Assembly (NCBI GenBank): GCA_964252075.1
Contig: CAXULY010000009.1
Coordinates: 32,001 to 96,000 of the forward strand
Direction of reading: 5' to 3'
DNA length: 64,000 bases
Source: an uncultured Deinococcaceae bacterium
GTDB taxonomy: Bacteria; Deinococcota; Deinococci; Deinococcales; Deinococcaceae
Part shown: in pieces, positions 42,478 through 51,951 of the stretch
Numbering within the stretch: the first letter of the stretch is position 1
Layout of the letters: the number at the start of each line of letters is the position of its first letter
Made by a program: the position numbers and the translations under genes
Notes under the pieces: model-generated
Database searches by the model: none
The model's input: the letters and a program-made list of their open reading frames with translations, nothing else
Told to the model about the DNA's origin: nothing

Positions 42478-44724
42478 TCAGTCCAGCACGGGTGCGGGCG
42501 CGGGGCCGTCGCCACGCTTGCGCAGGGGGATCTGCGGCAGCAGCAGCGTGGAGAGGAGACCCAGCAGCACGATGATCAGGCCGACCTTGAAGACGCCCGT
42601 GACGGCGTCCGTGAGGCTGGTCCTGAAGCCGCCCGCGAAGGTGTCCACGGCGCGCGTGAGTTTGGGCTTCACGTCCTCCAGGGCGCCCGTGGCGGTCCGC
42701 ACGGCGGTGCGCTGCGCGGCGTCGAGGGTGGTGTTCAGGTTCGTGACGGCGCGCTCGCGGGCGGCCGCGATGGCGGCGGGCTGCGCGGCGTCGAGGGCCC
42801 GCAGGGCGCCCTGCAGGGCGCCCGCCCGGACGGTCGCGTCGCTGCGGCCCGCCGTCAGCAGGGCGCGCAGGGGCTGCGGGGTGGTGGGGGTGGCGAGGAG
42901 CCGCTGCACGCTCGCCGCGTCGTTGTCCCGCAGGGCCCTCGTGAGGAGGGTCTTCTGGCGGTCGAAGCCCTGACGGACGGCGGCGGCCACGCCGCCCTGC
43001 CGCAGCACGGCGCGCAGTTGCTCGGGGGTGTTGGTGTCGGTCAGCAGGGTGTGGATGGCGGCCTGATTGCCGTCGAGGGCCTTCACGAACAGCGCCTTCT
43101 GGCCGGCGAAGCCGCCGCGGTCCGCGAGGGCCTGAAGGGTGGCGCGCTGGTCGGCGGGCAGGTCCCTGTTCGCGAGGAGGCGCTGGTAGGCGACAGGGTT
43201 GCTGTGCTGCAGGGCGCGGGTGAGGTCCTGTTCCTGGGCGTTCAGGCCGCGCAGCGCGTCGCGCTTGATCTTCGCGGCGTCGAAGGCGCCCGCGCTGCCC
43301 TCGCCGCCGCCGCTCTGCGCGCTGAACTGCGCGCGGGCGCTGGCGGGCAGCTCGGCGAGCGCGCGGTCCTTCACGCCGTCCAGGCCGCTGGAGAGGACGT
43401 TCGCGAAGACGGTGCCGAGCACCGCGACGCCCACCACGTTGCCGAGGCTGCGGAAGAAGGTGGCGCTGGAGGTCGCGACGCCCGTCATGCGGGGCTCCAC
43501 GGCGTTCTGGATGGCGAGCGTGTACAGCGGGATGGTGGGGCCCAGCCCGATGCCGAGCAGCACCATCTTGAGGGTCACGCTGGCCTGCGTGGCGTCCGCG
43601 GTGAGGGTGAAGGCCATGACGGCGAACGCCACCATGAGGATCACCAGGCCGGTCAGCAGCAGCGGCTTGTACTTCCCGAAGCGCGACACCAGCTGCCCAC
43701 TCAGGATGTTGCCCGCCACGATGCCCAGCGACAGCGGCGTGATGGTGAGGCCGGAGTTCGTGGCGCTGAGGCCCACGACGTTCACCATGAACAGCGGCAG
43801 GAAGATGATGGGGCCCAGGAAGGCCATGCCGACGATGAAGGCGCTGATGTTTCCGAACGCGAAGGTGGTGTTCCGGAAGAGGCGCAGGTTCAGGATGGGG
43901 TCGGGCGCGCGGCGCTCCGTGAGCACGAAGGCGACCACGCCGATCACGGCGAGCGCGAACAGGGACAGGATCTGCCAGGAGCCCCACAGGTAGCCGGTGC
44001 TGCTGGTGCTCGCCTGCCCCTTGCCGAGGCTGAGGGCCAGCAGGAGCGGCACGACGCCCACGATGAGCCAGAAGGCGCCCGCGAAGTCCACGCGGGGCCG
44101 CGCCGCGCCGCTCGCCTGGGGCTGGCGCAGGGCGGGCATGCGCGTGAGGATGAAGGTGAGGGCGACCGCGCCGACCGGGAGGTTGATGAAGAACGCCCAG
44201 TGCCAGCTGAGGTGGTCGGTGATGAAGCCGCCGACGAGCGGCCCGAGCACGCTGGAGAGGCCGAAGACCGCGCCGAACAGGCCGGAGATGCGCCCGCGTT
44301 CGGCGGGCGGGTACAGGTCCGCGACGATGGAGAACGCGCTCGTGAAGAGCGCGGCGCTGCCGAGGCCCTGAATGGCGCGCGCGAGGATCAGGAAGGTGGC
44401 GCTCTCGGAGAGGCCGCACAGGGCGCTCCCGGCGAGGAACAGCACCACGCCGAAGACCAGCACGATCTTGCGGCCGAAGAGGTCGCTGAGCTTGCCGTAG
44501 ATGGGGATCATGACGGTGCTCGCGACGAGGTACGCGGTGGTGATCCAGGCGTACAGCCCGGCGGCGATGTTGAGGTCCGTCTGGATGCGCGGCCCGGCGG
44601 TCGCGACGATGGTGTTGTCGAGCGCGGCGAGCAGCAGGCCCAGCAGGGTGCCGACGATGGTGAAGAGCCGCTGCTGGTGGCTGTAGGTGGGGGCGTGGCC
44701 CGTGGGTGCGGGGGCGCTGGTCAT
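42478..44724 (-). CDS. DHA2-type (14-TM) MFS efflux transporter with large C-terminal loop insert
   Basis: LDNTIVATA, YGKLSDLFGRK, GPLVGG, WAFFINLPVG; ~260-aa hydrophilic insert before last TM. Confidence 0.9.
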   Translation of the reverse strand: MTSAPAPTGHAPTYSHQQRLFTIVGTLLGLLLAALDNTIVATAGPRIQTDLNIAAGLYAWITTAYLVASTVMIPIYGKLSDLFGRKIVLVFGVVLFLAGSALCGLSESATFLILARAIQGLGSAALFTSAFSIVADLYPPAERGRISGLFGAVFGLSSVLGPLVGGFITDHLSWHWAFFINLPVGAVALTFILTRMPALRQPQASGAARPRVDFAGAFWLIVGVVPLLLALSLGKGQASTSSTGYLWGSWQILSLFALAVIGVVAFVLTERRAPDPILNLRLFRNTTFAFGNISAFIVGMAFLGPIIFLPLFMVNVVGLSATNSGLTITPLSLGIVAGNILSGQLVSRFGKYKPLLLTGLVILMVAFAVMAFTLTADATQASVTLKMVLLGIGLGPTIPLYTLAIQNAVEPRMTGVATSSATFFRSLGNVVGVAVLGTVFANVLSSGLDGVKDRALAELPASARAQFSAQSGGGEGSAGAFDAAKIKRDALRGLNAQEQDLTRALQHSNPVAYQRLLANRDLPADQRATLQALADRGGFAGQKALFVKALDGNQAAIHTLLTDTNTPEQLRAVLRQGGVAAAVRQGFDRQKTLLTRALRDNDAASVQRLLATPTTPQPLRALLTAGRSDATVRAGALQGALRALDAAQPAAIAAARERAVTNLNTTLDAAQRTAVRTATGALEDVKPKLTRAVDTFAGGFRTSLTDAVTGVFKVGLIIVLLGLLSTLLLPQIPLRKRGDGPAPAPVLD

Positions 44725-45200
44725 GCGTTCTCCTTCGGGGTGCCGCGGCTGGAGTCCTCGCCGAGGTTGTGCGCGAGGTGACGCACCGCCTGGGCGAAGG
44801 CCAGTGTCTGGTCGGGCGTGAGGTGGCGCAGGCCGCGGTGGAGCATCTCCAGGCCGCTGGCGCGGGCGGCGCGCAGGACCGCCTCGCCTTTCGCGGTGAT
44901 GCTGAGGCGCACGCGGCGGGAGTCTTTCGGGTCGAGGTGCCGCTCGATGAGGCCGCCACGCGTGAGGTCGTCGAGGACGCGCGAGACGTTGCTGGGCGGC
45001 AGGCTCATGCGTTCGCACAGCTGGCCGGGGTACATCGCGCCGTGCTCGATGATGTTCAGCGCGACGAAATCCTTGAAGTCCACGCCGTGTTCGCGGGCGA
45101 GGACGGGCGCGACGTGGCGTTTCATGGCCTGCGTGAGGCTCCACCACGCGTCAATGAGTTCCGCGCCGGGCGAGAAATGAGTCGTTTCTGATTCTTCCAT
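44721..45200 (-). CDS. MarR family transcriptional regulator
   Basis: SNVSRVLDDL..GLIER..DSRRVRLSITAKG; ATGA overlap with MFS. Confidence 0.9.
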   Translation of the reverse strand: MEESETTHFSPGAELIDAWWSLTQAMKRHVAPVLAREHGVDFKDFVALNIIEHGAMYPGQLCERMSLPPSNVSRVLDDLTRGGLIERHLDPKDSRRVRLSITAKGEAVLRAARASGLEMLHRGLRHLTPDQTLAFAQAVRHLAHNLGEDSSRGTPKENA

Positions 45201-45226
45201 TCCGGAAATATACTAGTCCGGAAAAT
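45199..45226. promoter_or_regulatory. Candidate MarR operator over the marR -10/start
   Basis: TCCGGAAA repeated at 45201 and 45217, each with a TCCGGA palindrome, flanking TATATT -10 on minus strand. Confidence 0.5.
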
Positions 45227-45268
45227 TTCTAATGTGCAAGCACCTAAGCCGAGAGGCTTAGCCATGAA

Positions 45269-45294
45269 GAGGGCCGCCCGGTGGGGCGGCCCTC
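45269..45294 (-). terminator. Stem-loop after yhgE/pip gene
   Basis: GAGGGCCGCCC-GGTG-GGGCGGCCCTC followed by TTC on minus strand. Confidence 0.55.
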
Positions 45295-45311
45295 CGGACC
45301 TGCACCTGCAT

Positions 45312-48300
45312 TCAGGTGCGGTCCACGTACAGCAGCGGCTTGAACTCCCGGTCCGGCACGAAACGCCAGCGTCGGCGGCCCAGCAGCAGCGCCGCCAGCA
45401 CCGCCACCAGCAGGATCACCGCCATCTTGAGCAGCGCCGGTCCGTATACGCCGTTGTACGAGCCGAAAATCGTGGCGCGGAAGGCGCTCACGGCGTCCGT
45501 CACGGGCAGGAACGCGTGAATCACCTGGAAGAAGTGCGGGCTGAGCTCCACCGGGTAACTGCCGCCACTCGCGGCGAGCTGAAGCACCAGCAGGATCAGC
45601 GACAGGATGCGGCCCGCGTCACCCAGCAGCATGATGAGCGCCACCACGATCGAGAGGAAGGTCAGGCTGGCGAGCGCGGCGGTGAGCAGCACCCCCAGCG
45701 GATGCAGGTACCGCACGCCCATCAGGTGCACGCCCAGCACCACCACCGCGGCCTGCGCGAGCACCAGCAGGGCCGGCACCGCGACCTTGCGCAGGTACCG
45801 TGCGAGCTGCGAGGTGCCGCGCCCGCTCTGCGCGATCTGCAGGTACGGGAAGATGAAGGTGGTCAGCGTAACGCCCACCCACAGGCTGAGCGCCATGAAG
45901 TACGGCGAGAAGGCCGTGCCGTTGTTCGCGACGCTGGCCGTGTTGCGCTCGCGCACCTGCACGCTCGCCGCGAGGCCACTGGGGTCGCCGCCCAGCTGCT
46001 CCGTCGTCGCGGGAATGCGGTCGTAGAGGGTGCTCAGGCCGTCCGCCAGCCGGCGCGCGCCGTCCCGCGCGCCCGCCGCGCCCGAGGCGAGCTGCCGGGC
46101 GCCGGTGTTCAGGCGGCCCAGGCCGCCCGCGAGTTCGCCGCTCCTGTCCGCCAGCGTGCGCGCGCCGCCGGAGAGGCGGTCCAGGTCCGCCTGTGCGGGC
46201 AGCCTGGAGGTGATGGTGCCGAGCGCGCCCTTGATCTTCAGGTTGCCCGCCACGAGGGCGTTCACGCCCGTCTGCAGCTGCCGCGCGCCGCCCGCCAGGG
46301 ACGCGGCGCCCGTGGCGGCCTCCCCTGTCTTCTGCGCCAGCGTGCCCGCGCCGGACGCGAGGGCCGCCGCGCCCGTCTGCAACTGCGCGGTGCCCGCCGC
46401 CAGCTGGGCCGCGCCGCCCGCCGCCCGCTGCGCGCCCGCAGCGGCCTCACCGGTCTTCCCGGCCAGGGTGGCGGCGCCCGTCTGGAGTTGCCCGGCGCCC
46501 GCCTGCAGTTGCGCGGTGCCCTGCGCGAGCTGCGCCGCACCGGTCGCGGCCTTCTGCGCGCCCGCTGCGGCCTCGCCGGTCTTCTCGGCCAGGGTCGCGG
46601 CGCCCGTCTGGAGTTGCCGCGCGCCCTGCGCCAGTCGCGCCGCGCCCTGGTTCAGCTCACGCGCGCCACCCACGGCGCTGGTGGCGCCCTGCTGCGCGTC
46701 TTTCAGCTTGCCCGCCAGGGTGCGCGCGCCGCCCTCGAGGGACGCGGCGCCCGTCGCGAGCCGCTGCGCCCCCTGCGCGAGCGAGGCCGCGCCCGTTCCG
46801 GCCGCCTGCGCGCCCTGCTGGGCGGTGCGGGTGTTCAGCGCGAGGCTGGCCGCGCCGCGCTGCAGCCTCGCGCTCCCAGCGGTCAGCTGGGCGGCGCCGT
46901 CCGCCAGCTGCGAGGCGCCGTTCGTGGCGGCCTGCGCGCCCGCGCCCAGCTGACGCAGGCCACCCGCGAGCTGCGCGGTGCCCTGCTGCAGGTTCGCCGC
47001 GCCGTCCGCGAGCTGCGCGCTGCCCTGCTTGAGCGCCCCGGGCGCCAGGAAGTTCCGCTGCACGCTGTCCGAGAGCTGCCGGGCGCCCTGCGCGAGCTGC
47101 GCGGCTCCCTGGTTCACGCTGCTGGCGCCGCTGGTCGCCTGCTGCAGCCCGCCCTGCAGCTGCGGGAGTTTCTGCGCGAGCTGACCCGCGCCCGCCTGCA
47201 GCTGCCCGGCGCCCGTGTTCAGGTCGCGCGCGCCGCCCGCGAGTTGCTCCGCACCGCCCACCAGCTGCCCGAGGCCCGCCGTGAGCTTGGGGAGTTGCGT
47301 GGCGAGCTGAGCCGCGCCCGCGCCAAGCTGGCCCGCGCCGGTGTTCAGGTCGCCCGCACCCGTGGCGAGTTGCTGCGCGCCGCCCGCCAGTTGCCCCAGG
47401 CCACCCTGCAGCTGTGGCAGGCCCGTCGCGAGTTGCGCCGCACCGCCCTGCAGCTGCGTCGCGCCGCCCGCCAGCGAGGCGGCGCCCGTCGCCAGCTGCT
47501 GCGCCCCGCCCTGCAATTGCCCCAGACCCGAGGCCAGCTGTGGGAGCTGCGCGGCGAGCTGCTGCGTTCCGCGGTTCACCTGCGCGGCGCCGGACGCCAG
47601 GGAGGCCGCGCCCGTGGCGAGTTGCTGCGCGCCGCCCTGCAGCTGCGCGAGACCGCCCGCCAGTTGCGGCAGCTGACCCGCGAGTTGCTGGGTGCCGTCA
47701 TTGACCTGGGTGGCGCCGGAGGCGAGCGAGGTCGCGCCCGTCGCCAGCCGCCCCGCGCCCGCCTGCAACTGCCCCAGACCTCCGGCCAGGGTGCTGGCGC
47801 CGGTCGTGAGCTGCCGGGCGCCGGTCTGCAAGGGCGCCAGTTGCGCTGGATCGGGCGCCGCCGTGTTCAGCTGCCGCAGGCCCGCCGAGAGCTGGCTGGT
47901 GCCGCCCGTCAGTTGCGTCACGCCGCCCGAGAGGTCGCGCGCGCCCGCCGCGAGTTGCTGCCCGCCGTTCGCCGCCGTCGCCGCGCCGCTCGCCAGGGAG
48001 GCCGCGCCCGTGGCGAGCTGGGCGTTCCCGCCCGCCAGTTGCTGCGCGCCGTCGCGCAGCTGACCGGTGGCGTCCCGAATGTCGCGGAAGCCCTGCTGCA
48101 CGCGCGTGAGGGACTGCTGCACGACCGCCCAGCGGTTCTCGCCGAGGCGGTTGTTCAGCTGGTCGGTGATGCGGGTGGCGACGCTGGTGGCGACGCGACT
48201 CGCGAAGTAGCTGGTGCCGGGCGCGCTGTACAGGTTCAGCAGGCCGTGCTCGCTGCTGTCGCCGGAGAGGGCGCGCGCGCTGAAGTTCTGCGGGATGCCC

Positions 48301-48665
48301 AGCGCGAAGTACACGTCGCCGCGCCGCACGGCGGCCTCCGCGGCGGCCTCACTGGGGTAGCTGATGAGTTTGACGGGCGGGTCCCGGTGCAGGTCCTGCA
48401 CGAGGTCGCGGCCCAGGTTGTAGGCTTTGCCGCGCGCGGTGGTGCCCGCGTCGGCGTTCACGAGCGCGACGGGCAGCTGCTTGAGGTTGCCGTAGGGGTC
48501 CCACACGCTGCCCAGGTAGATGACGGCGTACAGCACGGGCACCAGCGCGATCACCAGCGTGCCGAGCCACATGAGGGGGTAGCGCCACATGCTGCGCTCG
48601 GCGGGGGTGAGGTTCTGCAAGTCGCGTTGCAGGGTGCTGCGGGGTCGGCGTTGGGTGTGCGTCAT
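45312..48665 (-). CDS. YhgE/Pip family membrane protein with long heptad-repeat ectodomain
   Basis: N-terminal TM then WDPYGNL..LPVALVNADAG; C-terminal NNGTAFSPYF, LQLAASGGSYPVEL, 5 TM helices. Confidence 0.92.
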   Translation of the reverse strand: MTHTQRRPRSTLQRDLQNLTPAERSMWRYPLMWLGTLVIALVPVLYAVIYLGSVWDPYGNLKQLPVALVNADAGTTARGKAYNLGRDLVQDLHRDPPVKLISYPSEAAAEAAVRRGDVYFALGIPQNFSARALSGDSSEHGLLNLYSAPGTSYFASRVATSVATRITDQLNNRLGENRWAVVQQSLTRVQQGFRDIRDATGQLRDGAQQLAGGNAQLATGAASLASGAATAANGGQQLAAGARDLSGGVTQLTGGTSQLSAGLRQLNTAAPDPAQLAPLQTGARQLTTGASTLAGGLGQLQAGAGRLATGATSLASGATQVNDGTQQLAGQLPQLAGGLAQLQGGAQQLATGAASLASGAAQVNRGTQQLAAQLPQLASGLGQLQGGAQQLATGAASLAGGATQLQGGAAQLATGLPQLQGGLGQLAGGAQQLATGAGDLNTGAGQLGAGAAQLATQLPKLTAGLGQLVGGAEQLAGGARDLNTGAGQLQAGAGQLAQKLPQLQGGLQQATSGASSVNQGAAQLAQGARQLSDSVQRNFLAPGALKQGSAQLADGAANLQQGTAQLAGGLRQLGAGAQAATNGASQLADGAAQLTAGSARLQRGAASLALNTRTAQQGAQAAGTGAASLAQGAQRLATGAASLEGGARTLAGKLKDAQQGATSAVGGARELNQGAARLAQGARQLQTGAATLAEKTGEAAAGAQKAATGAAQLAQGTAQLQAGAGQLQTGAATLAGKTGEAAAGAQRAAGGAAQLAAGTAQLQTGAAALASGAGTLAQKTGEAATGAASLAGGARQLQTGVNALVAGNLKIKGALGTITSRLPAQADLDRLSGGARTLADRSGELAGGLGRLNTGARQLASGAAGARDGARRLADGLSTLYDRIPATTEQLGGDPSGLAASVQVRERNTASVANNGTAFSPYFMALSLWVGVTLTTFIFPYLQIAQSGRGTSQLARYLRKVAVPALLVLAQAAVVVLGVHLMGVRYLHPLGVLLTAALASLTFLSIVVALIMLLGDAGRILSLILLVLQLAASGGSYPVELSPHFFQVIHAFLPVTDAVSAFRATIFGSYNGVYGPALLKMAVILLVAVLAALLLGRRRWRFVPDREFKPLLYVDRT
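46020..48090 (-). repeat. X-X-X-Leu-X-X-Gly heptad repeat array (~680 aa)
   Basis: AQQLATG/AASLASG/AAQLAQG units throughout, with higher-order blocks QLPQL and KTGEAAAG. Confidence 0.9.
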
Positions 48666-48719
48666 GAGCGGTCCTCTCGGGGCGGCGGGGCGCCCGTTCA
48701 CCCTCAGTGTTCCACATTC

Positions 48720-48747
48720 TGACAGATTGTCAAGTGACAGAATGTCA
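48720..48747. promoter_or_regulatory. Tandem TetR-type operator
   Basis: TGACA-GAT-TGTCA-AG-TGACA-GAA-TGTCA between divergent pip and tetR. Confidence 0.7.
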
Positions 48748-48768
48748 ATAAGGTGCTACAGTGGGGGC

Positions 48769-49362
48769 ATGACCGCGCTGGACAGCCGCCGACGCCTCCC
48801 CTCCGCTGACCGCCGCCAGCAGATCCTCGACGTCGCCTCCGGCCTCTTCGTGCAGCGCGGCTTCGAGGCGGTCGGCATGGCCGACCTCGCGGGCGCCCTC
48901 GGCGTCTCGCGCCCCACCATCTACAGTTACTTCACCAGCACTGAAGCGGTCCTCGAAGCGCTGCTCACCGAGCGGCTGCACGACCTGTGGGCGCGCCTCG
49001 CGCCGCTCATCACGGCGGGCACGCCGCAACCGCAGACTTTCGCCACCCTCTTTCACTTCCTGCTGCGCGAGCGCGACACGCTCGCCCTGCTGCACAGCGG
49101 CGGCGGCCCACGCTTCCAGGCGCGCCGCCAGGCCTTCCTCGACGAACTCGGCGCCCGCATCGAGCCGCAGCGCCTCCCCAGCCTCACGCGCATCCCGGAC
49201 CTGCTGCTGATCGTGACGACGCTCCTCGACAGCCTCGCCTTCAGCACCGTGAGCCGCGCGGGCCAGCCGCACGCCCCGGACCCCGAGCGCCTCGCGCGGA
49301 CGCTCGACACCTTCGTGCGCGGCGGCGTCACCGCCCTGCTCGCCGAGGGCGATCAGCCCTGA
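48769..49362 (+). CDS. TetR/AcrR family transcriptional regulator
   Basis: RRQQILDVA..LF..RGF...DLAGALGVSRPTIYSYF; leaderless TACAGT-N6-ATG. Confidence 0.92.
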   Translation: MTALDSRRRLPSADRRQQILDVASGLFVQRGFEAVGMADLAGALGVSRPTIYSYFTSTEAVLEALLTERLHDLWARLAPLITAGTPQPQTFATLFHFLLRERDTLALLHSGGGPRFQARRQAFLDELGARIEPQRLPSLTRIPDLLLIVTTLLDSLAFSTVSRAGQPHAPDPERLARTLDTFVRGGVTALLAEGDQP

Positions 49363-49369
49363 GCGGACC

Positions 49370-49999
49370 TCACAGCCCGATCAGGCCCAGCGCGGCGGTC
49401 GCCGTCAACTCCTGCCGGAACGGCGCGATGAGCTTCGCGGTGCGCGGGTCGGCGGGCACCAGCGCCTTCTCGAAATCCGGCGCCTGCAGCGTCTGGAGCG
49501 CCTGACCCACCTGCTGCCAGTTCACCTCCGGCACGCCCAGCGCGCGGTTCACCTGCGTGCGCACCACCGCGTACCGCGCGGCACTCAGGCCCTCGCGCTG
49601 CAGGGCGGCGCGCTGCGCCGTGCGCGCCGCCCCCAGCTTCCCGCCAAGCTGCCGGAAGGCGTTCAGGGCGTCCGTGACGGAGGGGTTCCCGCCCTGCCCG
49701 ATCTGGTCCCCCAGCCGGGAGAGCGGCGTGAAGGCCTCCCCCAGCTCGGCGCGCACCACCCGGCGCACCCGCACGAACTTGCGGAGCTCCGCCTGCGTGA
49801 TGGGCGTGGCGGGCACCGCGCGCGTGCCCGCGCCGCTGGTCCCGGTGGTGGCGGGACCCGTGAAGCCCGTGGTGACGTTCTGCACCTGCGCGATGAAGTC
49901 CCGCGCCGGGCGGTACACGAGAAAATACCCGCCCAGCACGACCGCCACCAGCACCACCAGCACGGTCCCCAGGCACCCCGTCAGACAGCCGCGATTCAT
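49370..49999 (-). CDS. Hypothetical membrane-anchored helical protein
   Basis: RGCLTGCLG followed by TM helix; GC3-rich codons. Confidence 0.7.
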   Translation of the reverse strand: MNRGCLTGCLGTVLVVLVAVVLGGYFLVYRPARDFIAQVQNVTTGFTGPATTGTSGAGTRAVPATPITQAELRKFVRVRRVVRAELGEAFTPLSRLGDQIGQGGNPSVTDALNAFRQLGGKLGAARTAQRAALQREGLSAARYAVVRTQVNRALGVPEVNWQQVGQALQTLQAPDFEKALVPADPRTAKLIAPFRQELTATAALGLIGL

Positions 50000-50091
50000 G
50001 CCCTCAGTAAAGCAAGGATGGACGTGAGTCGTGACAGCGGCCCGGCCGGGGCGCCCGCCCCCTCACCACGGGCCCCCTGCGCGGCGCGCAC

Positions 50092-51060
50092 CTACAGGTT
50101 CTTCTTGAAGAACGCCACGGACCGCGCGAGCGCCGTCCCGAGCACCTGGCTCATGTTGTGGTTCGCGCCCGGGTACGTGATGAGCGTCACGGGCTGGCCC
50201 GCCGCCTTCAATTCCTGCGCCAGCGTGCGCGAGAACGCCACCGGCACTTCCTCGTCCTCCGTGCCCGCCTGGATCAGCACCGGCCGCCCGGCGATGTCCT
50301 TCAGGTAACTGTTCGGCTGGATGGCATTGTAGAACGCCGGGTTCTGCTTGGGCGTGCCGTACTTCCCCAGGATCTTCTGGCGTTGGCTGTTCGCGTTCCT
50401 GGGGGGCGGCTCCGCGCCGGGCTTGCGCGTCCACTTCGTGAGGATGTCCGTGTAGGGCGCCACGACGCCGCCCCAGATGTCGGCGGCCTTGATGTTCTGG
50501 TCGATGACCATGGAGCGCAGGGTGAGGCTGCCGCCCATGGAGTGCCCCCACATGCCGATGCGGTCCGGGTTCACGTTCTTGTACTTGCGGACGCTGTTCG
50601 TGGCGTTCAGCACGTCGTTGGTATAGCCGGGCGACCAGTACCCGCCCTCGGCCTTGCCCTGCGAACTGCCGTGCCCGCGGTAATCACTCTTGAAGGTCAC
50701 GAAGCCCGCGCGCGCGAAGGCGTCCTGGTACGCGACGTAGCGCTGCGTGGTGCGGTACACCTCGGGCGGGATGTAGCCGTGGTTGAAGATGATGGCGGGC
50801 CAGCCGCCCTTGGGGGGCGTGCCGTTCGGCACGGTCAGGAGCGCGTAGATCTTCAGGCCGTCGGAGCGGTACGAGGCGACGTAGCGCTTGTAGTTGCTTC
50901 CGGCGCGCAGGGCCTGTTCGATGGTGATGGCGCTGCCGGGGTACTGGCGGGCGCGCATGGTCTCAATGGCGAGCGGGAAACCTTCGGGGCCGGGGTAGGC
51001 GGCGGCGGCGGCCGGCGGGGCGAGCAGAACGGAGAGCAGCAGAAGACGGGCTCGGCGCAT
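50092..51060 (-). CDS. Exported alpha/beta hydrolase (S9 peptidase-like)
   Basis: Signal peptide; DYRGHG, GHSMGG nucleophile elbow, DEEV, GANH. Confidence 0.88.
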   Translation of the reverse strand: MRRARLLLLSVLLAPPAAAAAYPGPEGFPLAIETMRARQYPGSAITIEQALRAGSNYKRYVASYRSDGLKIYALLTVPNGTPPKGGWPAIIFNHGYIPPEVYRTTQRYVAYQDAFARAGFVTFKSDYRGHGSSQGKAEGGYWSPGYTNDVLNATNSVRKYKNVNPDRIGMWGHSMGGSLTLRSMVIDQNIKAADIWGGVVAPYTDILTKWTRKPGAEPPPRNANSQRQKILGKYGTPKQNPAFYNAIQPNSYLKDIAGRPVLIQAGTEDEEVPVAFSRTLAQELKAAGQPVTLITYPGANHNMSQVLGTALARSVAFFKKNL

Positions 51061-51207
51061 GTGGGCTCCTTTGCGTCAGCCTGCCATGCAGCGCGCGGGT
51101 CGTCTGCGCGCGAGCACACGCTGGGTTAAACGGGGGTTAAAAGACCGGGGCGTTCATGCCGCCCCCCTTGCAAGCGGGTGGGCTGGAGGCGTTGAATAGA
51201 CGCTGTC

Positions 51208-51951
51208 ATGTCTGAAACGATTCAGGTTACCGTCTGGAATGAGTTCCGCCACGAGAAGAAGAACGAGAAGGTGCAGGCCATCTACCCGGACGGCATCCAC
51301 GCCGTGATCGCGCAGGCGCTGAGCGCGGCGGGCCTCTCGACGCGCACCGCCACGCTCGACGAGCCCGAGCACGGCCTGACGGACGAGGTGCTCGCGAACA
51401 CCGACGTGCTGTTCTGGTGGGGCCACATGGCGCACGGCGACGTGAGCGACGCCACCGTGGACAAGGTGCAGGCGCGCGTCCTGGAGGGCATGGGCCTCGT
51501 GGTGCTGCACAGCGGGCACTTCTCCAAGCCCTTCAAGCGCCTCATGGGCACCAGCTGCGACCTGAAGTGGCGCGAGGCGAACGATCGCGAGCGCCTGTGG
51601 GTCGTGGCGCCCGGCCACCCCATCGCGCAGGGCCTCGGCGAGCAGATCGTGCTGGACAAGGAGGAGATGTACGGCGAGCACTTCGACATCCCCCAGCCGG
51701 ACGAACTGGTGTTCGTGAGCTGGTTCAGTGGCGGCGAGGTGTTCCGCAGCGGCGCCTGCTACCGCCGCGGGCAGGGCCGCATCTTCTACTTCCGGCCCGG
51801 CCACGAGACGTACCCCACCTACCACAACCCCGAGATTCAGCGGGTGCTGGTGAACGCCGCGCGCTGGGCGGCCCCCACGCCCGGCACGGCGCCCGTGTAC
51901 GGCAACGCCCAACCGCAGGAGCAGCTCACGTCCGAAGGGACCGGCGCGTGA
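51208..51951 (+). CDS. thuA: ThuA-like (trehalose/3-ketoglycoside utilisation) protein
   Basis: [39 protein letters not shown]. Confidence 0.88.
   Translation: MSETIQVTVWNEFRHEKKNEKVQAIYPDGIHAVIAQALSAAGLSTRTATLDEPEHGLTDEVLANTDVLFWWGHMAHGDVSDATVDKVQARVLEGMGLVVLHSGHFSKPFKRLMGTSCDLKWREANDRERLWVVAPGHPIAQGLGEQIVLDKEEMYGEHFDIPQPDELVFVSWFSGGEVFRSGACYRRGQGRIFYFRPGHETYPTYHNPEIQRVLVNAARWAAPTPGTAPVYGNAQPQEQLTSEGTGA

Noticed and set aside
46020..48090. Repetitive DNA that might be read as a CRISPR array or satellite
   Set aside because: Repeats are in-frame degenerate 21-nt codon heptads of the Pip protein; no constant repeat with unique spacers and no cas genes
45234..48722. 1162-aa + strand ORF and other very long antisense ORFs (1687-4089, 9628-12606, 26496-29327, 42292-44781, 56852-58969)
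   Set aside because: Shadow frames of real genes; stop codons are scarce at this GC content and the translations are low-information Arg/Ala/Gly/His-rich
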